A DNA stretch of 36,988 nt from a virus: the UHGV virus genome UHGV-1356966; one strand, written 5' to 3'. Below the pieces are notes generated by a model, which was given only the letters and a program-made list of their open reading frames with translations, was not told where the DNA came from and made no database searches. A program made the position numbers and the translations under genes. Of the stretch, positions 25,249 through 34,846 are shown in pieces (the first letter of the stretch is position 1; the number at the start of each line of letters is the position of its first letter).

Positions 25249-26303
25249 CAGGACAACACCGTCCCTTTAGTAATGATTAAGCCAAGATCTTTAACATCTT
25301 CATTTTTATCAGCAAAACCCACTGAGAATTTCCCACGAATGATTGCATCCTTACTCCTAGCACCTGTTGTGTTTTCTTTGCCGCTTGTTTGTTGTGATAT
25401 AAGAACTTGTGACATTAAATTGGCATAAACTACAATATTTTGTCTATAAAAATAGCAAGTATTGTAGACGTTAGAAGCAGACAACCCTTCTGTATAAATC
25501 GCTGCGCTGGTTAAATTTCTGTTATCCTCAGCAAATTTACACTTATCGACAGAAAGATATCCTCCTTGTAGCAACATCAGACTATATATTAATCCACTAT
25601 TTTTGGGTGCATTTATAGTATCTACAAATTGAAGACCTGTGACCTTGAAAAAACCTTTACATTGATAAAATGCAAGACTGCGAAGTTTTACTGGCATATC
25701 TGATTTTGATGGATCAATTACAGATGTATCATTTTTAGGGCCAATATGAATAGTAGTAGCACTAACATTTCTTATGAAAACATCTTCCAAATAAACACCA
25801 TCATCTACCCAAATTCTAATTCCAGGAATAGAAACTAACGGGATCTGATTTACAGCCATCTGAATTGTCGCAAATGGTTTTTCTTCTGATCCATCTCCAA
25901 TTTGGTCGCTTCCCAAATCAGCTGAAACATAAAGATTTATCCAGTCAGCACTACCACCAATGATTGTTTCTACACTATTGTTTAATTGAGCGACTTGTGC
26001 TTTTATATCAGCTTGATTTTTTTCTAGGGTAGAGACACTTTCAGAAACTTTTTTTTCGGTGTCTGTCAGTCTTCCTTGTAACGTAGCGAATGTTTCGCCT
26101 TTGTGATTCACCCGAGCATCCACTACTTCGTTAGGAGAATCACCTCCTGAATGAAGCACGAGATTATCAATACGACTGTTTGTTGATTTGTCTTGATCAG
26201 ACAATTTCTTTTCAAGATCATTGAGATAGTCAATATTTTTATTAAATTTCTCTTTCCATTCTGCAGAAATACGATTACTAATTAATTTTAATAATCCCAT
26301 CAA
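25248..26303 (-). CDS. Tail fibre/spike protein with a predicted beta-helix (pectate-lyase-like) domain
   Basis: N-terminal coiled coil followed by GDGSEEKPFATIQMAVNQIP, as in pectate-lyase_3-type right-handed beta-helices. Confidence 0.45.
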   Translation of the reverse strand: MMGLLKLISNRISAEWKEKFNKNIDYLNDLEKKLSDQDKSTNSRIDNLVLHSGGDSPNEVVDARVNHKGETFATLQGRLTDTEKKVSESVSTLEKNQADIKAQVAQLNNSVETIIGGSADWINLYVSADLGSDQIGDGSEEKPFATIQMAVNQIPLVSIPGIRIWVDDGVYLEDVFIRNVSATTIHIGPKNDTSVIDPSKSDMPVKLRSLAFYQCKGFFKVTGLQFVDTINAPKNSGLIYSLMLLQGGYLSVDKCKFAEDNRNLTSAAIYTEGLSASNVYNTCYFYRQNIVVYANLMSQVLISQQTSGKENTTGARSKDAIIRGKFSVGFADKNEDVKDLGLIITKGTVLS

Positions 26304-27343
26304 ATCACTCCTTTCTTCGCCATTTCAGCGAGTATCGACGTCATTGTTTTCTTTGTGTTGCTCAATGTGATTTCTGGTGGCTTATTTGGTATCGCTGGAT
26401 ACGTCTTGATTCCTACCACTTGAATGTACGTATTGATATTCAAAGGTTCATAAATGAATGGGACGTGATCGCCTTTGTTGGGACTGATTTTCCATTTCAA
26501 CGTTACAGATCCCGAAATACTTGGATAGTCTTGCAAGTCTGTCTTTAACCGCTCGAGCATGTTCCCTGATACGGTATACCGTTCGTCTTTAACAGGATCT
26601 TGTATCCTGATTCCCCACTTCTGTGATTCAGGGCTTGTGTAAGTGATGGGAGTAAATACATAGTCACTATCTTTAGGATCCTCAGTATTTGCACCATCCT
26701 TCAATTTTCCATAGCCTTTGATTTGTGTCTTTAGACTGTACGTATCAATATCGAATGACACTTCATCTGTATTGTATTTGTAGCGAATCTGTTCTTCTGT
26801 TTTTTGGCCATATTCACTTGCAGGATAAAAAGTTAAATGTTTGTTGTTTGGTATCACAACAGCATTATAGTCAGATAAAATCTCATTGATCAGCTTCAAA
26901 TAATTGGCATTGCCGAAGTTTTCTTGTTCAACGGTGAGGAACTTTTTATTTGGATCAATGACTTCCCATGTAAAGCCACGACTACCCGCACTAAATACAT
27001 GCGTGAGTAGCTGACTAATAGATCTTGTACCAGTCACCTTATTGTATTGATAGCCATCTTGAACCGTGTAATAGATATGAGTCGCAACTACTTGTTTCGT
27101 CAACAACTGTCCGACTGCTTTACGTGTCATCTCTTTAATCACAAATTCCTGTCCGTTATAAAAAACAGAAGACTCGTATTCCACCAAATCAAACACTTCT
27201 TGATTTGTCCAATTATTGGTAACTGTAAAACCAATCTCCCAAGTTTCATTCTGTTGCCAGTTCTCATAAAAAGAATCCTTGTCATACCCGACAAGGATTT
27301 CTTCTTTGGTTTGTTCATAATCTCGAATAATTAAATCAGTCAC
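26300..27343 (-). CDS. Tail-associated / baseplate structural protein (Tal-like position)
   Basis: Lies after Dit. 347 aa. Confidence 0.45.
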   Translation of the reverse strand: MTDLIIRDYEQTKEEILVGYDKDSFYENWQQNETWEIGFTVTNNWTNQEVFDLVEYESSVFYNGQEFVIKEMTRKAVGQLLTKQVVATHIYYTVQDGYQYNKVTGTRSISQLLTHVFSAGSRGFTWEVIDPNKKFLTVEQENFGNANYLKLINEILSDYNAVVIPNNKHLTFYPASEYGQKTEEQIRYKYNTDEVSFDIDTYSLKTQIKGYGKLKDGANTEDPKDSDYVFTPITYTSPESQKWGIRIQDPVKDERYTVSGNMLERLKTDLQDYPSISGSVTLKWKISPNKGDHVPFIYEPLNINTYIQVVGIKTYPAIPNKPPEITLSNTKKTMTSILAEMAKKGVI

Positions 27344-27351
27344 TCAATCAC

Positions 27352-28185
27352 CTACTTATACAAGAATCGGAAATCCCATGAAGATTTCACGCGAGTAATA
27401 TTTTGGATCTCGATTTCATTGACTCCCGCAACTAAATTAATCAGGCCATGGTTCGTATTGATCCCACAACTTACACCGTTCAATTTTGGAATCACGCCAT
27501 CCAAGACTAATGTCTGTCCGAGATTCGTAGAAAGTGATGGATAGTAAATAAATCGATCACCAGTCGTTTTATTAAAGATCGTTACATTACCTTCTGATTC
27601 TCCTTCTAATACGATCCGCAGATAATGTTCACGTGGATCAATTTCAAAGCTTCCGGCATTGTAAATAATGAAGTGACTAGTCTGATGCGTATACTTGTAA
27701 TCTTCCGCCACTAGACCTTGCGAGAATTGCCATTCTTCCTCTAGATTGAAATCCGTTAAAGTAGTTGCGATTGATTCAGAATATCCTCTGATAGCTCCCA
27801 GATTTACAGTATATCTTGTGTAAATTGTGCCTTTTCTTTCGTCGTCAATAGAATCATAAACTACTCGATATTTTTTACCTGGCTCTTTGCTGTAAATTAG
27901 ATAAAATTCCGGTTCTCTAGTAAACAATTCGCGGAGTTCCGTCTTTTGTAAAACTAAGTCAAACATCGATTGCTCTCTGCTTCGAATATCAAATGAGAGA
28001 GTAATAGGAAAAGCGTCAAACGAGCTGTTCGAAAGACGCTTTCCATTCGTGCCAGAAAATTCAACAAACTCATTTTTTGCCACTGGCATGCCTATATCAA
28101 TGTCAATCAATCTCAGATAAAAATTATTTGTCAATTCGACAACTTCATCAGAAAATTCAAGATATACACGAGTTTTCTCGTTCAT
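27352..28185 (-). CDS. Distal tail protein (Dit-like)
   Basis: Immediately downstream of the tape measure gene. 277 aa. Confidence 0.5.
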   Translation of the reverse strand: MNEKTRVYLEFSDEVVELTNNFYLRLIDIDIGMPVAKNEFVEFSGTNGKRLSNSSFDAFPITLSFDIRSREQSMFDLVLQKTELRELFTREPEFYLIYSKEPGKKYRVVYDSIDDERKGTIYTRYTVNLGAIRGYSESIATTLTDFNLEEEWQFSQGLVAEDYKYTHQTSHFIIYNAGSFEIDPREHYLRIVLEGESEGNVTIFNKTTGDRFIYYPSLSTNLGQTLVLDGVIPKLNGVSCGINTNHGLINLVAGVNEIEIQNITRVKSSWDFRFLYK

Positions 28186-28189
28186 TAAA

Positions 28190-31100
28190 CTATTCTCCTC
28201 TCATGTACGATCTACGATTTAATACTTTTCCAAAACGTTGATCCATATTATCGCCTACTAAAGTTCCATCTAAATAACTTGAGACCCGTACTGGATGTTT
28301 TGCAATTACTTGTGCAAGCTTTTCAACATCAAGTTGCTTCTGATTGTTGTAGGTATTATTAACAATCCGTGATCCAACAGATGCCATTCCCATCCTCGAA
28401 GTGCCAAGTGCTGATTCTGGCGTGATGGAATTCATCAATCCATTAGAAAGTTTATTCATAGCAGAGTATGCTGATTTTGCATCTGCTTCAATACCTACCG
28501 CAATACCTTGAGGGATAAATTTACCCACGTAATCTCGCATCCATCGAGATGGAGAGTGAATACCTAATGCGCCAGTAATTTTGTCTTTGATATTTCCAGC
28601 TACTTCGGAAATTTTAGCAGTAACTGCTCCTACCATTGAGCCGATACCATTAATTAATCCTTGTATGATATTTTTCCCTGTACTGTATAAACTGTCAGGC
28701 ACAAAAACGCCAATAATAGCATCCAATAAATTTAACGCAGCACCTCGAACTTCTTCTTGTCGACTTCGGATGTTATTGGCAAAACCATTAATTAATGTAA
28801 TTGCTGCATCCATCAAACGACCTTGAGCCTGGATGATACCACGAACCATAGCATCGACTAAATCCATCGCTGCATTGACAATAGTGTTGATACGGCTAGC
28901 TATCCCTCGTAAAAATGCAACAATTAAATTAACAGCTGCATTTATGATTGCTTGCAAATTCGAAGCAATTCCATTAACAAAATTGACGATTAAATTAACA
29001 GCAGATTTCACGATATCTGGCATTCTTGAAGCTAATGAATTCACGAAATTGACCATCAAGTTAACCGCTGTGTTTACAATGGTAGGCATATTTTGTGCAA
29101 TCACTTGAGCAAAATTGATAACAATATCTAAAGCTTTTTGCGTTACCTGACCGATATTATTCGCAATCCCTTGTAAGAATGTGATCAGCAGATTAAACCC
29201 TGCTTGCATAATCATTGGCATATAGGCGTTTAAAGAAATTAGCCACGTGGTAATCAACAGAGCCATATTTCCAACCAACGTTGGTAACTGCTGTGTAATT
29301 CCTTGTAACAAAGCATTTATCAGTCCAGCGCCTGCAGCGATGATCTGCGGAAGTGCCACAGTTATGGCTCCAAGGAACGATGTGATAATTGATGTTGCCG
29401 CCAAAACGATAGTCGGGATCAATAGTACAACAGCTGCTGTGAAGGAAGTAATCAATTGTGCTGCAGCAACTGCAAGCTGAGGAAATCCTTGAGCAAGTCC
29501 AGAAATAAACCCAGCAACTACCTGCAATCCACCAGAAATAATTCCCGGCAAAGCTGCACCTATGGCTGTTAGAATGCCCTCTAAAGCTGTACCGAAATTC
29601 GAACCAAGTTGCGGGCCATATGTTTTGATACCGTCAGCTAAACCAGAGAAAGAATCCATGATAGTGTCTATCCCTTTTCCAATATCACCGCCACCTAAAG
29701 TTTTAGCAATTAATTCAAAGGCTTTTATCGCCAATCCAATTGGTCCTAACAGAGCTAAAATAACAGCTTTAATTGTTTTAAACGCTATACCAAACCAATC
29801 TATAGAACTTGCTGAATTTGTAGCATTTTTTCCAATATTTCCGATAATAGAAGCGACTTTATCTCCGATGCTAGAAATCAATTTTAATCCATCAGCAAAT
29901 AGTTTTGATACTGATTCAGATTTGATAAAGTTATTTAGCATTTCTTTTGCTTTGCCAATTAAGTTGTTGATACTGTTGCGCACATTATCATTAGTTTTGT
30001 ACAGATATATTAATCCAGCTGTCAAAGCACCTACTGCTGCTAAAATAAGACCGAATGGATTCGCAAGAAGCGCGACTTTCATTGCCGTAAACGCAGCTTT
30101 CACACCTGTAATCGCTACTTTTACGGAATTAAAAATACTGATTGCTCCTTTAAATGCCATAAAACCTGCAATGGCGCCTACAATTACAGAAGCAAACAGT
30201 TTAAATGCTTGTGCGTTTTTACTAATGAAATCAAACAATTGTCCCAAGATAGGAAAATTACTACTAATCGAAGAAAGTAATTCACCAAATGCTGCTTTAA
30301 CGTGGGGTATCGCCGCTTTAATAAAAGTGACAATTGCCTCAGGAAGAGCCTTTAAAATATTGCCAACCATCGGAATAAAGTTTCCAAACAAAAAAGTTGA
30401 AGTTGTTGTAGCAAGTTCATTTAATTCGTCTTTGATGTCTTCCCCTATTGCCATCTTTCCAAGAACATTTTGCATTGCTGCTTTCATCGAAGCGAACGAT
30501 CCGCTTATCGTAGTCGCAGCCTCTTTGGCTGTAGTACCTGTAATCCCTAAATTTTCTTGCACTGCGTGAATCGCTTTGACCGTATCAGCAAAATCGCCAA
30601 TTGTATAATGCTCTCCAGTTAATTTTTCTGCATCTTTCATCAAACGTTCCATTTCAGACTTCGTTCCGCCATAGCCTAATTTTAGATTATCTAACATAGC
30701 GTAGTTTCCACGAGCAAGTGATTGATATGTTTGCGTAACTGCTTCCATATCAGTACCCATTTTATTAGCATTATCTGACATATCGATCATAGCAGTATTG
30801 GCTAATTCGGCAGCTTTTTTTGTGTCACCACCAAGGCTACTAATCAAACTTGCTGAAAATGATGTCACGTTTTCCATATACTCGTTCGCTGAAACCCCAG
30901 CAGTTTTGAAAGCTTGATTTGCATAATTTTTGACGATACCTGCATTCTCTTTAAATAAAGTTTCGACTCCACCAATGGATTGTTCTAGTTTTGCGCCTTC
31001 TGAAATAGCATTTGAAAATGCACCTTTAATAGCATTGACAGAAGTACTGATTGCTGCAGAAGCAACTTTTACTAGCCCCATTGAAACAACTAAGTTTTTT

Positions 31101-31222
31101 ATGGAAAATCCAGCTTTATCACTACTACCTTCTAATTGATTAAGTTGCTTATTTAAACCTGTCACATCTTTACCATTAACGTCTACATCAATTACAACCT
31201 GTCCATCAGCCATCGTCTTCAC
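28190..31222 (-). CDS. Tail tape measure protein
   Basis: 1010 aa, Ala/Gly/Ile-rich and helical, with internal 22-aa tandem repeats. Sits downstream of the chaperone pair. Confidence 0.85.
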   Translation of the reverse strand: MKTMADGQVVIDVDVNGKDVTGLNKQLNQLEGSSDKAGFSIKNLVVSMGLVKVASAAISTSVNAIKGAFSNAISEGAKLEQSIGGVETLFKENAGIVKNYANQAFKTAGVSANEYMENVTSFSASLISSLGGDTKKAAELANTAMIDMSDNANKMGTDMEAVTQTYQSLARGNYAMLDNLKLGYGGTKSEMERLMKDAEKLTGEHYTIGDFADTVKAIHAVQENLGITGTTAKEAATTISGSFASMKAAMQNVLGKMAIGEDIKDELNELATTTSTFLFGNFIPMVGNILKALPEAIVTFIKAAIPHVKAAFGELLSSISSNFPILGQLFDFISKNAQAFKLFASVIVGAIAGFMAFKGAISIFNSVKVAITGVKAAFTAMKVALLANPFGLILAAVGALTAGLIYLYKTNDNVRNSINNLIGKAKEMLNNFIKSESVSKLFADGLKLISSIGDKVASIIGNIGKNATNSASSIDWFGIAFKTIKAVILALLGPIGLAIKAFELIAKTLGGGDIGKGIDTIMDSFSGLADGIKTYGPQLGSNFGTALEGILTAIGAALPGIISGGLQVVAGFISGLAQGFPQLAVAAAQLITSFTAAVVLLIPTIVLAATSIITSFLGAITVALPQIIAAGAGLINALLQGITQQLPTLVGNMALLITTWLISLNAYMPMIMQAGFNLLITFLQGIANNIGQVTQKALDIVINFAQVIAQNMPTIVNTAVNLMVNFVNSLASRMPDIVKSAVNLIVNFVNGIASNLQAIINAAVNLIVAFLRGIASRINTIVNAAMDLVDAMVRGIIQAQGRLMDAAITLINGFANNIRSRQEEVRGAALNLLDAIIGVFVPDSLYSTGKNIIQGLINGIGSMVGAVTAKISEVAGNIKDKITGALGIHSPSRWMRDYVGKFIPQGIAVGIEADAKSAYSAMNKLSNGLMNSITPESALGTSRMGMASVGSRIVNNTYNNQKQLDVEKLAQVIAKHPVRVSSYLDGTLVGDNMDQRFGKVLNRRSYMRGE
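28822..29155. repeat. Imperfect tandem repeats (about 66 nt / 22 aa, roughly 5 copies) inside the tape measure gene
   Basis: The protein repeats NFVNSLASRMPDIVKSAVNLIV / NFVNGIASNLQAIINAAVNLIV and so on. Coordinates are approximate. Confidence 0.5.
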
Positions 31223-31787
31223 CTACCTCCGAATCAGGCAATGCATATTTTTGTTGTAGCTTTCTCATGCGTTCTTTTTCTTTAGCTGATTCTCCTTTGC
31301 TTGGTTCCCATGTCCTAATCTGCATGATTCGAGCAAGAATGGTGTCATCTGGCAAACTCTCAAGCAGCGCTTGGAATTCCTCCCACATCATCCGTCCTTG
31401 CTCTTCAAATAGATTGATGCCAATTTGTCTGAATGATGCATAGATGTATTTAGCATCATGAACTAGGCTGATGGTTCTTTTTTCCTTAACTGCATTTGGC
31501 ATAGGATTGCCTAAACGGTCAGTTTCAATACCCTCACTACCGCCAACAGAAATATAATTTTCTAAAATATAGTTGAATAATAAAAACTGTTGTTCAGACG
31601 AGCCTTGAAATATTTTTTCAAAGTCACTGATCAACAGTTCTAAACACATATTCACTTTTTCTTCTGGAAACAAATCACTATCTTCCAAAATATCAAAAAC
31701 ATCTAGTACATTATCAAATGTTAAATCGATAGGTAATTCTGTGCCATCAAACTCTATCGAAGTGACTAACGGGTCATTTAACCGCAT
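31206..31787 (-). CDS. Tail assembly chaperone (second of a pair), own RBS
   Basis: The position between the major tail protein and the tape measure protein is conserved. It has an AGGTGAT RBS, and the frame is closed immediately upstream. Confidence 0.5.
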   Translation of the reverse strand: MRLNDPLVTSIEFDGTELPIDLTFDNVLDVFDILEDSDLFPEEKVNMCLELLISDFEKIFQGSSEQQFLLFNYILENYISVGGSEGIETDRLGNPMPNAVKEKRTISLVHDAKYIYASFRQIGINLFEEQGRMMWEEFQALLESLPDDTILARIMQIRTWEPSKGESAKEKERMRKLQQKYALPDSEVGEDDG

Positions 31788-31795
31788 TTAATCAC

Positions 31796-32245
31796 CTACT
31801 TCTTTTTCTTATTTTTCAATGCTTTCTTTTTCAATAAATCAGCTTTCTTCTTAGAAAGAGTATCTTTACGTTTCAAGGCTTCTTTTTCAATTGCTTCCGC
31901 AACTTCAAAAGAAATTGGATCAAATAATTCTATTAATTGTTCTGCATCAGGATAAATAGAATAAATTTTTTCAAATGATCCTTCACCAAGCAACGAATCA
32001 TATTCCACCTTAGCTAAATCTTTCGTTAGAGAAATAATCTTAATAGCGTCTTCTTTTTCAGGCTGCTCGATATTCTCGATTTGTTTAAGTTGCTGTTTAA
32101 GCTCCCTTACCTGTTCCTCAAATTCAGCCTGAACATCAAAAAAACGTGTCAGTTCTTCTGGAGTAGTACCGAAAAAGAACTCTACTTCTCCAATATTGAT
32201 AGGAAAACCTTTTTTCTCTATTTGAAATGATAATTTGTTAGTCAT
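31796..32245 (-). CDS. Tail assembly chaperone (first of a pair), Lys-rich C-terminus
   Basis: Position downstream of the major tail protein. Ends KKKALKNKKKK. Confidence 0.5.
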   Translation of the reverse strand: MTNKLSFQIEKKGFPINIGEVEFFFGTTPEELTRFFDVQAEFEEQVRELKQQLKQIENIEQPEKEDAIKIISLTKDLAKVEYDSLLGEGSFEKIYSIYPDAEQLIELFDPISFEVAEAIEKEALKRKDTLSKKKADLLKKKALKNKKKK

Positions 32246-32285
32246 GTTATCCTCCTAAAAAAGCTGCCCAGACGGACATTTCGGC

Positions 32286-32634
32286 TTATTTTTTGATTAA
32301 TACTACTGATCTGGACCAAGCAGAACCTATGAATGGACCATCGTGTAAATATCGCGCTTTTTCGATTTCATCTTTTCCTTTTCCTTTTCCTAAAACGTTA
32401 TACGCTTGAACATACAGATAAATTTTATTTCCTGGCTCTAATGTCGGAACATCTTCAGCCGCTAACGTCCATGAGGTTTTTTCCGAATATCCCATCATTG
32501 TTGCATCATGAGGATCAGATTGATTAGCATTGCTATAGTGTATAACATAGGCCTGTGCTTTTGGTACGGCATCCCAAGAAAGAGAAATCGATCCATCATT
32601 CAAAACCCCAGTTACGTTCTGGGGTGCATTAGGG
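32286..32634 (-). CDS. +1 frame extension of the major tail protein encoding an FN3-like domain (product of a programmed +1 frameshift at CCC_UAA)
   Basis: The +1 frame is open across the major tail protein stop and reads …VAP-NAPQNVTGVLNDGSISLSWDAVP… The hairpin ACCCCAG-ttacgtt-CTGGGGT (32604..32625) begins 4 nt after the stop. Confidence 0.55.
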
Positions 32635-33087
32635 TGCAACAGGGACGTCTTTTGCTTCTGGTGTGCTATCAAATGCGATACCGCATGAAAAATCACCGTA
32701 TGCAGTAGCATCGCCGACCTGAGCAACTGGCTCTGTTACTGTTGCTTTACCAATACGTTGTTTTTTACCAGATGCAGATACTACTTTGAACCACACTTTC
32801 CGAGCATCTCCTGATTTTCCAATCATGGCCTCAATAGCCGCCATCGCAGCATCATCTTCATCGTATAAACCTGTAAATGAATAACCTAACTGATGAGAAG
32901 TAACGTCTGTCTCCCCTTCGCCGTTCCCATCATAGTAGCCAGTAGTTTCAGATTCTTCGTTCGAATTATCATCAACATTGGAAATCCACTTTGCTAACTC
33001 CAACCAGCCGTCTTCGCTTGGTGTATCAGCATTAGTAGTTGTAATTAATTGAATAAAATAGCTTTGTAAGGCATTTTTGCGTCTCAT
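32629..33087 (-). CDS. Major tail protein
   Basis: 152 aa, upstream of the chaperones. Ends …DVPVAP followed by UAA. Confidence 0.7.
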   Translation of the reverse strand: MRRKNALQSYFIQLITTTNADTPSEDGWLELAKWISNVDDNSNEESETTGYYDGNGEGETDVTSHQLGYSFTGLYDEDDAAMAAIEAMIGKSGDARKVWFKVVSASGKKQRIGKATVTEPVAQVGDATAYGDFSCGIAFDSTPEAKDVPVAP

Positions 33088-33485
33088 TTATTTTCCCCCT
33101 CAAATGTGGTTAATTTTGTTTGAAAATCTAATAAAAAAACGAACCAACCTTGTTCATCAGCATCATTGATGAAAGGTTTGCTCGTTATAGTTAAATTGTT
33201 AAATTCAAAAGATCCATCAGAGCTAGCAACGTCTGACACACGCTCTAACGAATCAGAGATAAGCCAAAGCGTTTGCTCAATTCTATGACCATCTTTTGAC
33301 TTCATCGCAATTTCAAAATTTAGTTGTACATCTTTAATACCGTCATAGTATTCCACAAGATTTTGTCCGCCTGGTAATGGGTAAATTACTAAGCTTTCGT
33401 CAGCAGAAAGATAGCCTTTTTTCATTTTTAACGGCAGTTCTGGAATACTATTAATCTTATCTTTTATCCGATCGATAAAATCCAT
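33084..33485 (-). CDS. Tail completion / tail-terminator-like protein
   Basis: Position just before the major tail protein. The likely start is ATG at 33485, forming a TAATG overlap with the upstream gene. Confidence 0.4.
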   Translation of the reverse strand: MDFIDRIKDKINSIPELPLKMKKGYLSADESLVIYPLPGGQNLVEYYDGIKDVQLNFEIAMKSKDGHRIEQTLWLISDSLERVSDVASSDGSFEFNNLTITSKPFINDADEQGWFVFLLDFQTKLTTFEGENK

Positions 33486-33814
33486 TATTGGATACCAGCT
33501 CCTTTCAGATACGCTTTTTTCCAAGAAGGCATATACAGTGATTTTGCTTTAAGATCCCATCTTGGACCTGTTCCTGGAGTAGTATATTTTTTTCCATTTA
33601 GATAGAACTGTCTCCTTGCGTATTTCGTTTCATACAGAATAGCGCTGCCGTCACTTTTGATGTGCGCACTTTGGCGAAGGATATTATTCTTTTTAGGTAC
33701 AAATGAGTTCATGTCAGCCATTGCTTGGTTGGCTAATGCGTATCTTCCTCGCTTCATAGCCTGCGGGCTGACTTTAGCTCTAACTCCATCAAGATTAACT
33801 TTAATACCCATCAA
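33485..33814 (-). CDS. Head-tail joining protein (HK97 gp10-like position)
   Basis: 109 aa in a chain of overlapping small genes between the capsid and tail genes. Confidence 0.4.
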   Translation of the reverse strand: MMGIKVNLDGVRAKVSPQAMKRGRYALANQAMADMNSFVPKKNNILRQSAHIKSDGSAILYETKYARRQFYLNGKKYTTPGTGPRWDLKAKSLYMPSWKKAYLKGAGIQ

Positions 33815-34152
33815 ATCACCTCTAATTCGTATGAATAGATAGCATCTGAATACGCTTCTGTAATTGTATCGATCTTAGTAATGACATGTTCTTTACCATC
33901 ATAAATAACTAATGATTGTTCTTTGAAATTCGGTAAAGGAGTAGTTAAAGTGTTATAACAAAAAATTACTGCATTATAGAGCAACTGCTTGCCGCTTGGC
34001 GAAAAGGAATACTGACTTCCTCGGTCAATCCGACAATTTTCTATAGTTACATAATCTCCATAAACAGGTTTGTTATAGTCCCCTTCTCCTAAATATTCTC
34101 GATAAATAAAAGAATCTACCAAAAATTCTTTTGGTGGTTTTGGCATTACCAT
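33811..34152 (-). CDS. Head-closure / head-tail adaptor protein
   Basis: 113 aa with an ATGA overlap. Confidence 0.4.
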   Translation of the reverse strand: MVMPKPPKEFLVDSFIYREYLGEGDYNKPVYGDYVTIENCRIDRGSQYSFSPSGKQLLYNAVIFCYNTLTTPLPNFKEQSLVIYDGKEHVITKIDTITEAYSDAIYSYELEVI

Positions 34153-34538
34153 GACGGAACACCTCGATATAAAAGTCCTGTACCTTCAAGATAGATGTAT
34201 ACATCTTCAGCTACTAAAGACTTCTTCCTGCCGTCTTCTGATGATTTATTAGAGATACTCGTTCTACCAGCCGAGAAGCTTTGTGGAGTTTTATTAATAC
34301 TTTCATAAGTATCCGCTCCAACTTCATCAAAGTAGATTATTTGAGAGCACAGAGCTAATTTGAATTGTTTTACACGAAAACCAATTGGGTCTTCTTCAAT
34401 TTTATTAAATTGATAAAAATAGTTAGTAATGCTATCTAGAACAGCAGATGCTTTTAATAAATGCTTTTCGAAAATAGCTTTAAAATCATCTGTCTTCCCA
34501 GTAAGATTTTTGAATTCTTCAAATTCAATATAAGGCAT
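34146..34538 (-). CDS. Head-tail connector (gp6-like)
   Basis: 130 aa, first gene after the capsid terminator. Has an AAGGAGGGA RBS. Confidence 0.45.
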   Translation of the reverse strand: MPYIEFEEFKNLTGKTDDFKAIFEKHLLKASAVLDSITNYFYQFNKIEEDPIGFRVKQFKLALCSQIIYFDEVGADTYESINKTPQSFSAGRTSISNKSSEDGRKKSLVAEDVYIYLEGTGLLYRGVPSW

Positions 34539-34555
34539 ATAATATCCCTCCTTAT

Positions 34556-34581
34556 AAAAAAAAGAGGGAGCTATGCCCCTC
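34556..34581 (-). terminator. Intrinsic terminator after the capsid unit
   Basis: Minus-strand hairpin GAGGGG-cata-GCTCCCTC followed by UUUUUUUU. Confidence 0.5.
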
Positions 34582-34846
34582 CTCCTTCTATTACAGTAAC
34601 TTCACAAGTTGCTGTTTTACCATTTACTGTTGTTGCAGTAATCGTTGCTGTTCCTTTGGCAACACCTGCCGCTTTACCTTGTTTTAGCGTCACACTTGCG
34701 ATAGATGCATCACTAGAACTAAAAGTTACTGTTTTATCTGTAGCTTCTTCTGGTAAAACCGTAGCCACCAATGTTTCTGTAGCCCCTACTTCAAGCGTTA
34801 GAGTTGTTTTATTTAACGTAACACTTGAAGGGGCTACGCTTTTGGG
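34571..34846 (-). CDS. -1 frame extension of the major capsid protein encoding a Big_2 Ig-like domain (product of a programmed -1 frameshift at C_CCA_AAA)
   Basis: The -1 frame is open from 34870 down to 34571. It reads …[55 protein letters not shown]…, a full Big_2 domain. The heptamer lies at minus 34846..34840. A 14-bp interrupted stem follows 2 nt downstream. Confidence 0.55.
   Translation of the reverse strand, partial: PKSVAPSSVTLNKTTLTLEVGATETLVATVLPEEATDKTVTFSSSDASIASVTLKQGKAAGVAKGTATITATTVNGKTATCEVTVIEGGGA

Noticed and set aside
29562-30569. 335-aa plus-strand ORF, plus other plus-strand ORFs such as 28833..29108 and 29247..29480
   Set aside because: They lie antisense inside the tape measure gene. 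They have a low-complexity Ala/Ile/Pro-rich composition that mirrors the tape measure codons, and no RBS. They are spurious.
31206-32245. Canonical -1 frameshift fusing the two tail assembly chaperones (gpG/gpGT-like)
   Set aside because: The second chaperone ORF has its own AGGTGAT RBS and ATG at 31787. Its frame carries a TAA (31788..31790) immediately upstream. That TAA lies downstream of the first ORF's stop, so no fused product can be made by shifting into that frame.
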